From Oceanispirochaeta sp. (GTDB taxonomy: Bacteria > Spirochaetota > Spirochaetia > DSM-2461), in the NCBI GenBank assembly GCA_963666275.2, contig CAXXOA010000002.1:1088001-1152000 (forward strand): a DNA stretch of 64,000 nt, read 5' to 3'. Below, piece by piece: positions 9,924 through 20,337 of the stretch. The stretch's first letter is position 1. Each line of letters begins with the position of its first letter. The notes below the pieces were generated by a model. The model was given only the letters and a program-made list of their open reading frames with translations, ran no database searches and had not been told where the DNA came from. The position numbers and the translations under genes were made by a program.

Positions 9924-11441
9924 TTGAGCGCTACGACTTTACTGGAGATGAAAAATATCCGGAAAGAGTTCCCCGGTGTACTGGCTCTGAAAGATGTCAG
10001 CCTGCAGGTCTGTGCAGGAGAAGTCCATGCTCTTCTGGGGGAAAATGGAGCCGGGAAATCGACATTGATCAAAGTCCTTGGGGGGATCTATATTCCCGAA
10101 GAAGGCGATATTTATATCAATGGAGAACCCGTCAGAATAGGGAATGTTCATGACTCCCAGCACTGCGGCGTCAGTGTTATCCATCAGGAGCTGGTTCTGG
10201 TTCCCAAGATGACAGTGGCAGAGAATATTTTTCTGGGCAGGGAGCCAATGCGCCACGGGGTCGTTGATCACGAGAAGATGAACCAGCAGGCTATGGAGCT
10301 TCTGGACTCGTTCGATCTTGATATCTCCCCTGAAGTGAATATCGAGGAGCTGACCATCGCCCAGCAGCAGATGGTGGAGATCACAAAGGCTCTTTCGTTC
10401 AATTCCCAGATTCTGGTGATGGATGAGCCGACCTCATCTCTGTCCGAGAAGGAAGTCACTTTCCTTTTTCAGACTATCAGGAAGCTGAAAGAACAGGGCG
10501 TGGGAATTATCTATATATCCCATAGGATGTCCGAACTCTTTGCAATAAGCGATAAAGTAACGGTTCTGCGGGACGGGGAGTACATCGGAACTGTTGAGAC
10601 TCCTGAAACCACCCACGATGAACTTATCTCCATGATGGTGGGAAGGCAGCTGACAAACTACTACACCAGAACTTTTTCCGATTCAAAAGAAAAAGTTCTG
10701 GAAGTGAAGAATCTGAGCGACGGGAAACTCCTTAAGAATGTGAGTTTTGACCTTCATAAAGGGGAAATCCTGGGATTCGCCGGCCTGGTCGGAGCCGGAA
10801 GAAGCGAGGTCATGAAATGCCTCTTCGGACTGGATCCCATTACCGAAGGGGAGTTTTTTCTGGATGGAAAAAAAGTGGATATCCAGCACCCCAGTGATGC
10901 TATGGATCTCGGGATAGCCCTGGTTCCGGAGAGCAGGAAAGAGGAAGCCCTCTTTATGGCTCAGAGTGTGAAATTCAATACTTCCATCAAGGTTCTGAGC
11001 AAGTTTATCCGGGGCATATTTGTCAACCAGAAAAAAGAAGAGGAGATTGCGTCCTCTTATATCAATAAAATGTCCATCAAGACTCCTTCTTCCCTGCAGA
11101 TTGTCGAAAACCTGTCAGGGGGGAATCAGCAGAAAGTTGTTATAGGACGATGGCTGGCTACGGAGCCTAAAATCCTCATCCTTGACGAACCCACCCGAGG
11201 TGTCGACGTGGGAGCCAAAGCGGAGATCTATGCCATTATGAATCAGCTGGCATTGCAGGGGATGGCGATCATTATGATCTCTTCAGAACTGCCTGAAGTT
11301 ATAAATATGAGTGACCGGGTTATCGTCATGTGCAATGGCGCGGTTACAGGCAGTCTGACCCACCAGGAGATGGATCAGGAAAAAATAATGCACATGGCAA
11401 CATTACACGATATTGAGTCCGATGGGGGAGGAACGTCATGA
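9924..11441 (+). CDS. sugar ABC transporter ATP-binding protein (RbsA-like, two ABC domains)
   Basis: GENGAGKS Walker A, MDEPT, LSGGNQQK, DEPTRGVDVGAK. Confidence 0.95.
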   Translation: MSATTLLEMKNIRKEFPGVLALKDVSLQVCAGEVHALLGENGAGKSTLIKVLGGIYIPEEGDIYINGEPVRIGNVHDSQHCGVSVIHQELVLVPKMTVAENIFLGREPMRHGVVDHEKMNQQAMELLDSFDLDISPEVNIEELTIAQQQMVEITKALSFNSQILVMDEPTSSLSEKEVTFLFQTIRKLKEQGVGIIYISHRMSELFAISDKVTVLRDGEYIGTVETPETTHDELISMMVGRQLTNYYTRTFSDSKEKVLEVKNLSDGKLLKNVSFDLHKGEILGFAGLVGAGRSEVMKCLFGLDPITEGEFFLDGKKVDIQHPSDAMDLGIALVPESRKEEALFMAQSVKFNTSIKVLSKFIRGIFVNQKKEEEIASSYINKMSIKTPSSLQIVENLSGGNQQKVVIGRWLATEPKILILDEPTRGVDVGAKAEIYAIMNQLALQGMAIIMISSELPEVINMSDRVIVMCNGAVTGSLTHQEMDQEKIMHMATLHDIESDGGGTS

Positions 11442-12436
11442 GTGAAGGCTCTACTAAAGCGATAAAATCCAAATCGCAGCATAACAGGCTTCTGCATAAC
11501 GGAGCTGTGCAGTTCTTAAGGGAAAATATGGGAATACTCATAGGGTTGATGATTCTCTGTGTCATTATCTCTCTGCAATCCCATGTGTTCCTGTCCAAGG
11601 CTAATATTCTGAATGTCCTTCGTCAGGTGGCGACCAATCTTTATATGGCCTGCGCCATGACTATGATCATTATCCTGGGGGGAATCGACCTTTCCGTCGG
11701 TTCTATTGTGGCTCTTTCAGGGGTTGTTACAGGCGGCATGATCGCTTTTGACGGCGCATCCCTGGTGGTTGCAGTAATCTGCGGGCTTCTGGCAGGAATA
11801 GCCATTGGGGCTTTTAACGGGTTTGTGGTTTCTACAACCACAATCCCCCCGTTTATTGTCACTCTGGCAACCATGAACATCGCCAGAGGAGCCGCCTATG
11901 TCTATACAGGCGGTCAGCCTATCCGGGTTATGTCCGACAGCTTCAACTTTATCGGTGCGGGATACCTGGGAGATATTCCCATGCCGATCATATATCTTGT
12001 CATAATCGTTGCTGTCTCTGTATTTATTATGGGCAAGTCCAAGCTGGGAAGGCACATCTATGCAGTGGGGGGAAATCATAAAGCCGCCCTGTTTTCCGGT
12101 ATCAAGACAAAAAGGGTGACATTCTTTGCCTATTTCTTTTCCGGTCTTCTTTCTGCCATAGCCGGTATTGTTCTGGCTTCCCGGATGTTTTCAGGGCAGC
12201 CGACAGCCGGTCAGGGGGCTGAGCTTGATGCCATTGCCGCGGTCGTTCTGGGGGGAACCAGTATGAGCGGCGGGGCCGGTAAAATCGGAGGAACCGTAAT
12301 CGGAGCTCTTGTTATCGGTGTTCTGAGTAACGGTCTCAACCTTATGGGGATCAACTCGTTCTGGCAGTACATTGTCAAAGGCGTGGTGATTCTTATTGCC
12401 GTCTATGTGGACTATTTCAAGAAAACCTCGAAATAG
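11438..12436 (+). CDS. sugar ABC transporter permease (RbsC-like)
   Basis: GGIDLSVG, PPFIVTL, YAVGGN, ELDAIAAVVLGGTS motifs; hydrophobic. Confidence 0.95.
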   Translation: MSEGSTKAIKSKSQHNRLLHNGAVQFLRENMGILIGLMILCVIISLQSHVFLSKANILNVLRQVATNLYMACAMTMIIILGGIDLSVGSIVALSGVVTGGMIAFDGASLVVAVICGLLAGIAIGAFNGFVVSTTTIPPFIVTLATMNIARGAAYVYTGGQPIRVMSDSFNFIGAGYLGDIPMPIIYLVIIVAVSVFIMGKSKLGRHIYAVGGNHKAALFSGIKTKRVTFFAYFFSGLLSAIAGIVLASRMFSGQPTAGQGAELDAIAAVVLGGTSMSGGAGKIGGTVIGALVIGVLSNGLNLMGINSFWQYIVKGVVILIAVYVDYFKKTSK

Positions 12437-12458
12437 TTTCTGTCCGGCATGAAAAACA

Positions 12459-12492
12459 AGGGGATCCTCTTCCGGGGATCCTCTTTATTTTT
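12459..12492. terminator. probable intrinsic terminator
   Basis: AGGGGATCCTC-TTCC-GGGGATCCTCT hairpin followed by a T-rich tract, between convergent genes. Confidence 0.6.
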
Positions 12493-12496
12493 ATCC

Positions 12497-13717
12497 TCAA
12501 TACCGGATCAGCCGGGTCTCCCTCTCCATGATGAGTTTCCCTTTAAGAAAAATATGTGTCTTTTCTCCCTGATTGATCAGAGCTTCTTCAGGACTCTCTC
12601 CCTCTATGAGAACCAGATTCGCCTCTGAACCGGCAGTTAAACCGTAGTTTTCAAGGCGGAGAGCCATGGCGGGATTATCTGTAATCATCTCCGACAGGGG
12701 CCGGAGTTGTGAAGGGGTTCCTCTTTGGGTCAGCTGGGCTGTCAGAAGGGCCTCCTCCATAAGGTCGCCCCGTCCGAAGGGGCGGAAAGGATCCCTTATG
12801 TTGTCGGAGGACAGGGAAATATTCACACCCGCCTGCAGGAATTCATTGATCCTTGTGGTGCCGCGGCGCTGTTTCAGAGCATCATTGCGTCCCATGAGAA
12901 AGAGATTGCACGAGGGGAGTGTGACAATGTGTATCCCTGCCTGACGGACTTTTTCTATAACCCTTGCCGCTTCCTCCGGAGGAAGGGCATTTAAAGAGGT
13001 GCAGTGACCTGCTGTTACTTTTCCCTGCATCCCGGTTTCTATTGTTTTTTCGGCAATATATTCCAGGGCCCGGGCGCTGGGTTCGTCACTCTCATCCACA
13101 TGCAGGTCCAGAAGAAGATCATATTTCAGAGCCGTCTCAAAAAGGATATCCGTATAGTTTCTGTAATCGGCGCTTAGGGTCGGGCACCCTCCCAGGATTC
13201 GGCCCCCCTTCTGAATAGCCTGATGGACAAGCGAGTAGACAGGGTCGGACAGGTCGGCCCTCTGCATGTCTCCCGGAAACATGACAAGCTGAATCTCAAG
13301 GGGATGGGTCAGTTCCTTTTTGAATCTTAGCGCCGTATCCCAGGCTTTCAGCTGGAGCTCCGGAGAGAGGGTTATGTGGGTTCTTATGAAACCGGTTCCA
13401 TTGGCAAGGCACAGGTCCGCCATCTTCTGAGCCCTGAGAACAAAATCCTCTTCGGGGGCTTCACTCATATATTTGGTGGATTTTACAATCGCATCGATAA
13501 GACTCTCCGCGGGAGAGGAAATGCAGTCTTTGGTGAAGGTTTTATCCAGATGGGTATGAAGATCAATAAAAGAAGGATAGGCAATTTTTCCCTTTCCTTC
13601 AATAACTGTAAATGACCGGCTGCTGTCGGGAGTCTCTGTGATGAAGCCATCGCATATATAAAGATCTCTCTGCTGTCCCTTATAGTCTGTAATATCTTTT
13701 ATACAATAATTATTCAT
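12497..13717 (-). CDS. metal-dependent amidohydrolase, cytosine deaminase (CodA)/pterin deaminase-like family
   Basis: DLHTHLDK, IRTH, DLHVDES, TAGHC, SSDNIRDPFRPFG motifs typical of bacterial cytosine deaminase-like enzymes. Confidence 0.85.
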   Translation of the reverse strand: MNNYCIKDITDYKGQQRDLYICDGFITETPDSSRSFTVIEGKGKIAYPSFIDLHTHLDKTFTKDCISSPAESLIDAIVKSTKYMSEAPEEDFVLRAQKMADLCLANGTGFIRTHITLSPELQLKAWDTALRFKKELTHPLEIQLVMFPGDMQRADLSDPVYSLVHQAIQKGGRILGGCPTLSADYRNYTDILFETALKYDLLLDLHVDESDEPSARALEYIAEKTIETGMQGKVTAGHCTSLNALPPEEAARVIEKVRQAGIHIVTLPSCNLFLMGRNDALKQRRGTTRINEFLQAGVNISLSSDNIRDPFRPFGRGDLMEEALLTAQLTQRGTPSQLRPLSEMITDNPAMALRLENYGLTAGSEANLVLIEGESPEEALINQGEKTHIFLKGKLIMERETRLIRY

Positions 13718-14022
13718 AGTTTATTCCTGAATTTGTGTTAAGGGAATCTTAGATTGTTCGGAAAATTAAAACAATAAGGGAGAAACGGAATGGGGAAAAA
13801 CAGGAACCTTTACAGTATGAAACGGAAAAACAGACCAAAAAACATACAAAAATGTAGTTATAAGAAAAAATAAGTTAGGATATTATAGAATTTGTACGTA
13901 TAAATCCGCATTTGAAGGGTTCTCTGCGAAAAACAGGAAAATACGGATTGTGATTTTTATCAGAAAATGAATAAATATACTTACACAAAACAGGAAAGTT
14001 CTATTTTAAGGAGAGAACACAA

Positions 14023-15024
14023 ATGAAAAAAATTTTAACGGTATTGTCCTTTCTGGTCATTTCAGCAGCCCTTTCTGCTTCTGGAGCCCAGGATGCAGCC
14101 GGGGATTCTTCCAGTTCCCTGAAGGTGGCAGCTCTGCTGCCGGGACCAATTAACGACGGAGGATGGAATACTTCCATGTATGAATCTCTGAAACATCAGG
14201 AAGAAGTTTTAGGTGCGGAAATCGCCTATACAGAGAATACTCCTGAATCTGACTATGAAGAGATTTTCAGAACCTATGCTGAAAGCGGTTTCACTGTGAT
14301 TTTCGGACACGGATTCCAGTTCGGAGAGGCTGCCAAAAAAGTAGCTCCCAACTATCCCGATACTGTATTTATTGTAAACAGTTCCACCTTCACTCAGGAG
14401 CCCAATCTGGGATCTTTCCTGGTCAATGACTTCGAGTGCGGATTTGCCCAGGGAGCTATTGCAGCTCTGACATCCGAGTCTGACCTTGTCGCATTTATCG
14501 GTGGTGTGGAAATTCCCCCTATTGCAGCTCAGGGCGCCGGATTTGTTGCGGGTGCCAAATACATCAATCCCGACATTGATGCCCGTTTGATCATGACAGG
14601 CAGTTTTACCGATATTGCCCGGGCCAAAGAGGTTGCCTCTTCTCTGATCGAAGAAGGTGCGGATGTTCTGATCGGTGATGCCAATGAAGCGGGTCTCGGT
14701 GTTGTGGAAGCTGCTGAAGAAGCCGGTGTATATACCATGGGTTGTTCCAGTGACCTCTATGAAGCGGCACCTGATATGAAAGATGCCATCCTTGCCAGTG
14801 TTGTAGAAGACACTGCCAGAGGACATGAACTGATTATCCGGGATGTGATGAGCGGGAATTTTGTTCCCAAGAACTACCTGATCGGATTCAAGGACGAAGG
14901 CGCCGTGACTCTGACCTCTTTCAGGGATAAGGAATCTCTCTACACCGCTGAAGAGATGGAGACCATTATGGGAATCATCGAAGGCCTGTCTGACGGTTCT
15001 ATCGATGTGGAACAGTACAAATAA
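14023..15024 (+). CDS. BMP-family (nucleoside/purine-type) ABC substrate-binding protein 1
   Basis: Signal peptide; PGPINDGGWN, GHGFQF, FIGGVEIP, GSFTD motifs. Confidence 0.88.
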   Translation: MKKILTVLSFLVISAALSASGAQDAAGDSSSSLKVAALLPGPINDGGWNTSMYESLKHQEEVLGAEIAYTENTPESDYEEIFRTYAESGFTVIFGHGFQFGEAAKKVAPNYPDTVFIVNSSTFTQEPNLGSFLVNDFECGFAQGAIAALTSESDLVAFIGGVEIPPIAAQGAGFVAGAKYINPDIDARLIMTGSFTDIARAKEVASSLIEEGADVLIGDANEAGLGVVEAAEEAGVYTMGCSSDLYEAAPDMKDAILASVVEDTARGHELIIRDVMSGNFVPKNYLIGFKDEGAVTLTSFRDKESLYTAEEMETIMGIIEGLSDGSIDVEQYK

Positions 15025-15052
15025 ATATTGAACTAACAGGAACAAGGAACAT

Positions 15053-16039
15053 ATGAAAAAACTGACATTGACTTTAATGGTTTTACTTCTGTCTGCCGCT
15101 GTTTTTGCTGGCGGACAGTCTGAAGGTTCAGCAGATGATACGCTGAAAATCGCCTGTCTTCTGCCCGGTCCCGCCAACGACGGAGGCTGGAATACTCTGA
15201 TGTACAATTCTCTGAAACATCAGGAAGAAGTGTATGGTGCAGAGATCGCCTTTACAGAAAGGACCCCCGCCTCGGATTATGAAGAGATTTTCAGAGGATA
15301 CGCTGAAGCGGGATTTGATGTTATTTTCGGTCACGGCTTTGAATTCGGTGAACCCGCCACAAAAATAGCCGAGATGTATCCGGATGTAACTTTCATAATC
15401 AACAGTACCAATATCTCACAGGGACCCAACCTGGGATCTTTCCTTGTATACGATTTTGAGAGCGGATTCGCCCAGGGGGCTATTGCCGCTACTGTTTCCA
15501 AAAGCGGTATTGTCGGTTTTGTCGGCGGTATTGAGATTCCCCCCATTGTAAACCAGGCTGCCGGATTTGTCGCGGGTGCCAAATACGTGAATCCCGATAT
15601 TGAAGTCAAATCCATCCTGACAGGAAGTTTTGACGATATTGCCAAGGCTAAAGAAGTAGCTCTTTCCATGATTTCCGAGGGCGCGGACGTCCTTGTAGGT
15701 GATGCGGATGAAGCCAGCCATGGTGTGTTTGAAGCCGCAGAGGAAAACAGTGTCTATGTGATCGGATGTTCCACCGATCTGTACGAAACAGCACCCGATT
15801 ACAGGGATATCATCCTGACCAGTGTGACCGAAGACATGGCGAAAGGCCATGAACTTATAGTCAAAGGGATTCTGGACGGAACTTTCACAGCCAAAAACTA
15901 CCTTGTAGGATTTGAAAGCGGAGCTGTTGCTCTGGCACCCTACCGTGAAATGGAGTCTGTCTTTTCTGCCGAGCAGCTGGCTGCCATTGATGAAGTTATT
16001 GAAGGATTGAAAAGCGGTTCTATTGAACTGGCGCAGTAA
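15053..16039 (+). CDS. BMP-family ABC substrate-binding protein 2 (tandem paralog)
   Basis: Same motifs as the preceding gene (PGPANDGGWN, GHGFEF, GSFDD). Confidence 0.88.
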   Translation: MKKLTLTLMVLLLSAAVFAGGQSEGSADDTLKIACLLPGPANDGGWNTLMYNSLKHQEEVYGAEIAFTERTPASDYEEIFRGYAEAGFDVIFGHGFEFGEPATKIAEMYPDVTFIINSTNISQGPNLGSFLVYDFESGFAQGAIAATVSKSGIVGFVGGIEIPPIVNQAAGFVAGAKYVNPDIEVKSILTGSFDDIAKAKEVALSMISEGADVLVGDADEASHGVFEAAEENSVYVIGCSTDLYETAPDYRDIILTSVTEDMAKGHELIVKGILDGTFTAKNYLVGFESGAVALAPYREMESVFSAEQLAAIDEVIEGLKSGSIELAQ

Positions 16040-16049
16040 TTAGAAAATT

Positions 16050-17135
16050 ATGAAAAAATATCTTATTGGTCTTAAAAAAAACAAATCGTTCCTGCTGCAG
16101 TTCAGCGCTGTACTCTGCGCTTTTCTGCTGGGAGCAGTTATTCTGAAAATGATAGGCATCTCTCCCCTGAGAGCCTACGCCGCCCTGTTTCAGGGGGCCT
16201 TCGGAAGTAAAAACGGTCTGGCTGAAGTCTTCGTCAAGGCAACGCCTCTGATCCTGACAGGTCTCTCCTATGCCTATGCATCAAAAGCGGGACTGGTCAA
16301 TATCGGAGCGGAGGGACAGTTATATATGGGCGGTATGGCGGCCACTCTGGTTGGATCCCATTTTGCCGGGATGCCTATGATCATCCATATTCCCTTTGCT
16401 CTTTGTGCCGGTTTTCTGGCCGGCGCCCTCTGGGGGCTTCTGGCAGGATGGCTGAAAGTGACTTTTAAGGCCAATGAGATTATTACAACAGTCATGCTGA
16501 ACTATGTGGCCATGCTGTTTATCAGCTATCTGGTGACGGGCCCCATGAAGAACCCCGCCGGGAATATGCCCGAGAGTTCTCCCGTCCTGGAAAGTGCCAC
16601 CCTGTTCCGGATCTTGCCTGGGACCAGGCTTCATCTGGGCTTTGCTGTCGCCCTGGCGGCTCTTCTGTTCTATTACTTCTTTATATGGAAGATGAAACAG
16701 GGCTTTGAAATCCGGGTTGTGGGATTCAACAGAGAAGCGGCCCGGGCTGCGGGTATGTGGCCCGAAAAGACCCTTCTGCTGACCATGTTTCTGGCCGGCG
16801 GTATGGGGGGGCTGGCCGGGACTGTGGAAATCCTGGGGATCCAGGGGCGTCTGCTGCAGGCATTCAGCCCCGGGTACGGATTTGACGGCGTCGCCGTGGC
16901 ACTGGTGGGGATGAATCATCCTGCCGGGATCGGCCTGGGAGCCTTCCTTTTCGGAGTTCTCCGGGCTGGAGGAAACAGGATGCAGCTGATAGCGAAAGTG
17001 CCTGTTTCTGTTATCTATATTCTTCAGGGACTTGTTATTGTCTCTGTCATTGTGGGAATTCATCTGAAAAATCTGAATATTCCCTTGCTGAAAAAATTTG
17101 TCCGGAAAAATGAGGAAAAGGAGGCTGCCCTATGA
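16050..17135 (+). CDS. nucleoside-type ABC transporter permease 1
   Basis: ATPLILTGL, NIGAEGQ, NEIITTVMLNY, GYGFDGVAVAL. Confidence 0.92.
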   Translation: MKKYLIGLKKNKSFLLQFSAVLCAFLLGAVILKMIGISPLRAYAALFQGAFGSKNGLAEVFVKATPLILTGLSYAYASKAGLVNIGAEGQLYMGGMAATLVGSHFAGMPMIIHIPFALCAGFLAGALWGLLAGWLKVTFKANEIITTVMLNYVAMLFISYLVTGPMKNPAGNMPESSPVLESATLFRILPGTRLHLGFAVALAALLFYYFFIWKMKQGFEIRVVGFNREAARAAGMWPEKTLLLTMFLAGGMGGLAGTVEILGIQGRLLQAFSPGYGFDGVAVALVGMNHPAGIGLGAFLFGVLRAGGNRMQLIAKVPVSVIYILQGLVIVSVIVGIHLKNLNIPLLKKFVRKNEEKEAAL

Positions 17136-18061
17136 ATTTAGGATTTATGGATCTGTTGAACTACCTTTTAAATGCGGATCTGAGAATGGCGGCGCCTATC
17201 CTTATTGCCGCTCTGGGACTGCTGATTATGGAAAAGAGCGGTATTGTGAATATCGGATGTGAAGGCATGATGCTTCTCGGATCCTTTGTGGGTGTCTTTT
17301 TCGCCCGTGCCTTCGGTTCCCCCTGGATGGGGATCCTTTTTGCCGGTATGAGCGGTATGGTTCTGGGTCTGATCTATGCCGGGATCGTTGTTTCTCTGGG
17401 AGCCAATCAGATCGTGACGGGTATTTCCTTCAATCTGATCATTCTGGGCCTCACTTCTACACTGAACCGGGTCGTTTTCGGAGTATCGGGGCAGACAGCC
17501 AGAGCTCCGGGTTTTGAGAAAATTACAATTCCTTTTCTCAGTGATATCCCCATCCTGGGATCTCTTTTCAATCTGCCCGGACCGGTCTATCTGATACTGC
17601 TGTTTGTACCGGTTCTGAGCTATTTCTTTAAAAAAACGACCATCGGACTGAAGATCCGTTCGGTGGGAGAGTATCCCAATGCGGCAGATGCCGCCGGGAT
17701 CAATGTGTATAGAGTCAGGTATCTGTCCATTCTGGCGGGAGGATTTCTGATCTCCGCCGCGGGAGGTTTTCTGTCTCTGGGAGTTCTCAGCCTTTTTACT
17801 GAAAACATGGTCAGCGGCCGGGGCTATATTGCCATGGCTGCGGTGATCTTCGGAAACTGGAATCCCTGGGGCGTTCTGGCTGCCACTCTGGTTTTCGGTA
17901 TGGGAGAGGCTGTGCAGATCAAAATGCAGACAGCCAGCAGCGCTATTCCCTATCAGCTGCTGATGATGATTCCCTATATCCTGACCATTCTGGCCCTTTC
18001 CGGATTCGTGGGAAGATCCAATGCCCCCGCTTCATCGGGAAAACCTTTTAAGAGCCAATAG
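17132..18061 (+). CDS. nucleoside-type ABC transporter permease 2
   Basis: EKSGIVNIGCEG, RSVGEYP, GRGYIAMAAVIFG, MIPYILT. Confidence 0.92.
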   Translation: MNLGFMDLLNYLLNADLRMAAPILIAALGLLIMEKSGIVNIGCEGMMLLGSFVGVFFARAFGSPWMGILFAGMSGMVLGLIYAGIVVSLGANQIVTGISFNLIILGLTSTLNRVVFGVSGQTARAPGFEKITIPFLSDIPILGSLFNLPGPVYLILLFVPVLSYFFKKTTIGLKIRSVGEYPNAADAAGINVYRVRYLSILAGGFLISAAGGFLSLGVLSLFTENMVSGRGYIAMAAVIFGNWNPWGVLAATLVFGMGEAVQIKMQTASSAIPYQLLMMIPYILTILALSGFVGRSNAPASSGKPFKSQ

Positions 18062-18074
18062 GGAGAGAGTGAAT

Positions 18075-19580
18075 ATGTTGAAAATGCGCGGAATCACCAA
18101 GGTCTATCCGGCGGTGGTTGCCAATAAAAATATCAATCTGGATCTGGCTCCCGGGGAAGTCCACTCCCTGCTGGGAGAGAACGGCGCCGGAAAGAGCACC
18201 CTTATGAATATCCTGGCGGGAGTTATAAAACCGACCGAAGGGGAGATAGAGCTGGAGGGAAAGCCTGTTCAGTTCAGTTCCGCCAAGGATGCGATCCTTC
18301 AGGGGATCGGCATGGTGTATCAGCACTTTATGCTGATCCCGAAACTGAGTGTAGCTGAAAATATTGTTCTCGGTATGAAACGGGAGAAGGAACCCTTTCT
18401 TCAGATCCATAAAGTGGCAAAGGAGATTGAAAAGTTCGCCAGACAGTACAATATGAATCTGGATCCCTTTGCCCGGGTGGACAGTCTGTCCGTAGGAGAG
18501 CAGCAGAGGGTGGAGATTGTGAAAGCCCTCTACAGAGGAGCGAAAATCCTCGTTCTGGACGAACCCACAGCCGTACTGACTCCCCAGGAGATCGACGAGC
18601 TTTTCAATATGATCCGCCTTTTCATTTCGGAAGGACGGTCTGTAATCTTCATCAGTCATAAGATGGATGAAGTCCTTGAAATCAGCGACAGAATTTCCAT
18701 TCTCCGGAAAGGTGAGATGATAGAAACTCTGGTGAATGAGGACATCTCGAAAGAAAAGCTGGCAGGCCTGATGGTGGGACGGGATGTCTCATTCAGTATC
18801 GAGAAAACAGGATGCAAACCCGGAAAGGAGATGCTCAAGCTTGAAAATGTTTCCGTTTCCAAGAGCAAGGGAGTCGATGCCCTGGCGGAGCTCTCTTTTT
18901 CTGTCTCCCAGGGAGAGATCCTGGGGGTCGCCGGGGTTGATGGAAACGGGCAGAGCGAGCTTCTTGAGGTTATTACAGGCCTGAAAAGGGTCAGAAACGG
19001 CAAAGTAATGCTGGCGGGAAAAGAGATCCATCACAGATCTCCCCGGGATATTCTGGAGATGGGACTGGCCCATATTCCCGAAGACAGACATGTCCGGGGG
19101 CTTGTCCTTGATCTGGATATTAAAGAAAACTTCATGGTGAACGACTATCATAAGAGCCCCCATACAAAGGGAAGTCTCATCGACTGGGCTTTTATTGCCG
19201 AGCATGCCAGGGAATATGCGGAACATTTCGATGTACGGACTCCCTCTCTGGAAGTCCCTGTATCCAGCCTTTCCGGAGGAAACCAGCAGAAGCTGGTCCT
19301 GGCCCGGGAACTCCACGGAGAACCCAAAGTCATTGCGGCGATGCATGCCACCAGGGGGCTTGATGTAGGGGCTATCGAGTATGTTCATACAAGGATTCTG
19401 GAGCAAAGGGAGCGGGGAGCTGCCATCCTCTATATCTCTACAGAGCTGGAGGAACTGATGAATCTTTCCGACAGACTCATGGTCATGTGCCGTGGTAGAA
19501 TTATCGGCATAGTTGATCCAAGGGAGGTGACAGTGGAGCAGGTCGGGCTGATGATGGCCGGCCATCCTCTGGAAGACTGA
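18075..19580 (+). CDS. nucleoside-type ABC transporter ATP-binding protein
   Basis: GENGAGKS, LSVGEQQRVEI, DEPTAVLTPQE, GVDGNGQ, LSGGNQQK; start placed at ATG 18075 after GGGAGAG. Confidence 0.93.
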   Translation: MLKMRGITKVYPAVVANKNINLDLAPGEVHSLLGENGAGKSTLMNILAGVIKPTEGEIELEGKPVQFSSAKDAILQGIGMVYQHFMLIPKLSVAENIVLGMKREKEPFLQIHKVAKEIEKFARQYNMNLDPFARVDSLSVGEQQRVEIVKALYRGAKILVLDEPTAVLTPQEIDELFNMIRLFISEGRSVIFISHKMDEVLEISDRISILRKGEMIETLVNEDISKEKLAGLMVGRDVSFSIEKTGCKPGKEMLKLENVSVSKSKGVDALAELSFSVSQGEILGVAGVDGNGQSELLEVITGLKRVRNGKVMLAGKEIHHRSPRDILEMGLAHIPEDRHVRGLVLDLDIKENFMVNDYHKSPHTKGSLIDWAFIAEHAREYAEHFDVRTPSLEVPVSSLSGGNQQKLVLARELHGEPKVIAAMHATRGLDVGAIEYVHTRILEQRERGAAILYISTELEELMNLSDRLMVMCRGRIIGIVDPREVTVEQVGLMMAGHPLED

Positions 19581-19581
19581 T

Positions 19582-20325
19582 ATGGGAAATATTATCGAAC
19601 CCCTGACTCTGAAAGACACCGGGGCACCCAAATATAAGATTATAGCCGATGAGATCAGGGAACAGATCCGTTCCCTCACTCCCGGTCATAATAAGCTGGA
19701 AACGGAAGAAGTCCTGGCGGAAAGGACCGGTACCAGCCGGTCCACTATCCGTCAGGCCATCACCCAGCTCATCGAAGAGGGATATATTACCCGGATTCAG
19801 GGAAAGGGAATGTTCGGTCATCCCATGGTGCATGATCTGAAAATGCGCGTGGATATGGATATGAACTTCCGGCAGATCCTCGGGGTGGGGGGGTACCGTG
19901 TCTCCGTCTCCCAGTCTGACGGATATGTAACGGGAGCTTCGCCCCGTTTGTGCAAAAGGTTCCCTGAATATGAATCCGCCAGGGTTTTCGAGTTTCACTG
20001 GACCTACTTCGCAGACAACAGGGAGGCTATTTTCTGCCGGACCCAGGTGCCTCTGGAGCTGATGAAAAAGAATCTCAGTCCCATTCCGGCAGTCTCTCTC
20101 AAGGACCTTCTGAAGGATATCTGCGGAATGGAGGTGGCTTTTACCACTGCCTGGACAAAGGCTGTTCTGGACAGGGAGGCCATGGGGATTTTCGGACTTC
20201 CAGAGAATGATCCTGTTCTGGCATGGGACGAATTCTTTTTTGATCTGAATGATTATTTTATCTGTTTTAATGAAATCTTGTTTAATCCCGAAATAGTGGA
20301 TATGGCCAGAATCACCCGATTCTGA
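19582..20325 (+). CDS. GntR-family (HutC/UTRA-type) transcriptional regulator
   Basis: N-terminal wHTH (KLETEEVLAERTGTSRSTIRQAITQL...GKG) plus a UTRA-sized C-terminal domain. Confidence 0.85.
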   Translation: MGNIIEPLTLKDTGAPKYKIIADEIREQIRSLTPGHNKLETEEVLAERTGTSRSTIRQAITQLIEEGYITRIQGKGMFGHPMVHDLKMRVDMDMNFRQILGVGGYRVSVSQSDGYVTGASPRLCKRFPEYESARVFEFHWTYFADNREAIFCRTQVPLELMKKNLSPIPAVSLKDLLKDICGMEVAFTTAWTKAVLDREAMGIFGLPENDPVLAWDEFFFDLNDYFICFNEILFNPEIVDMARITRF

Positions 20326-20337
20326 AACAGGTGGTGT

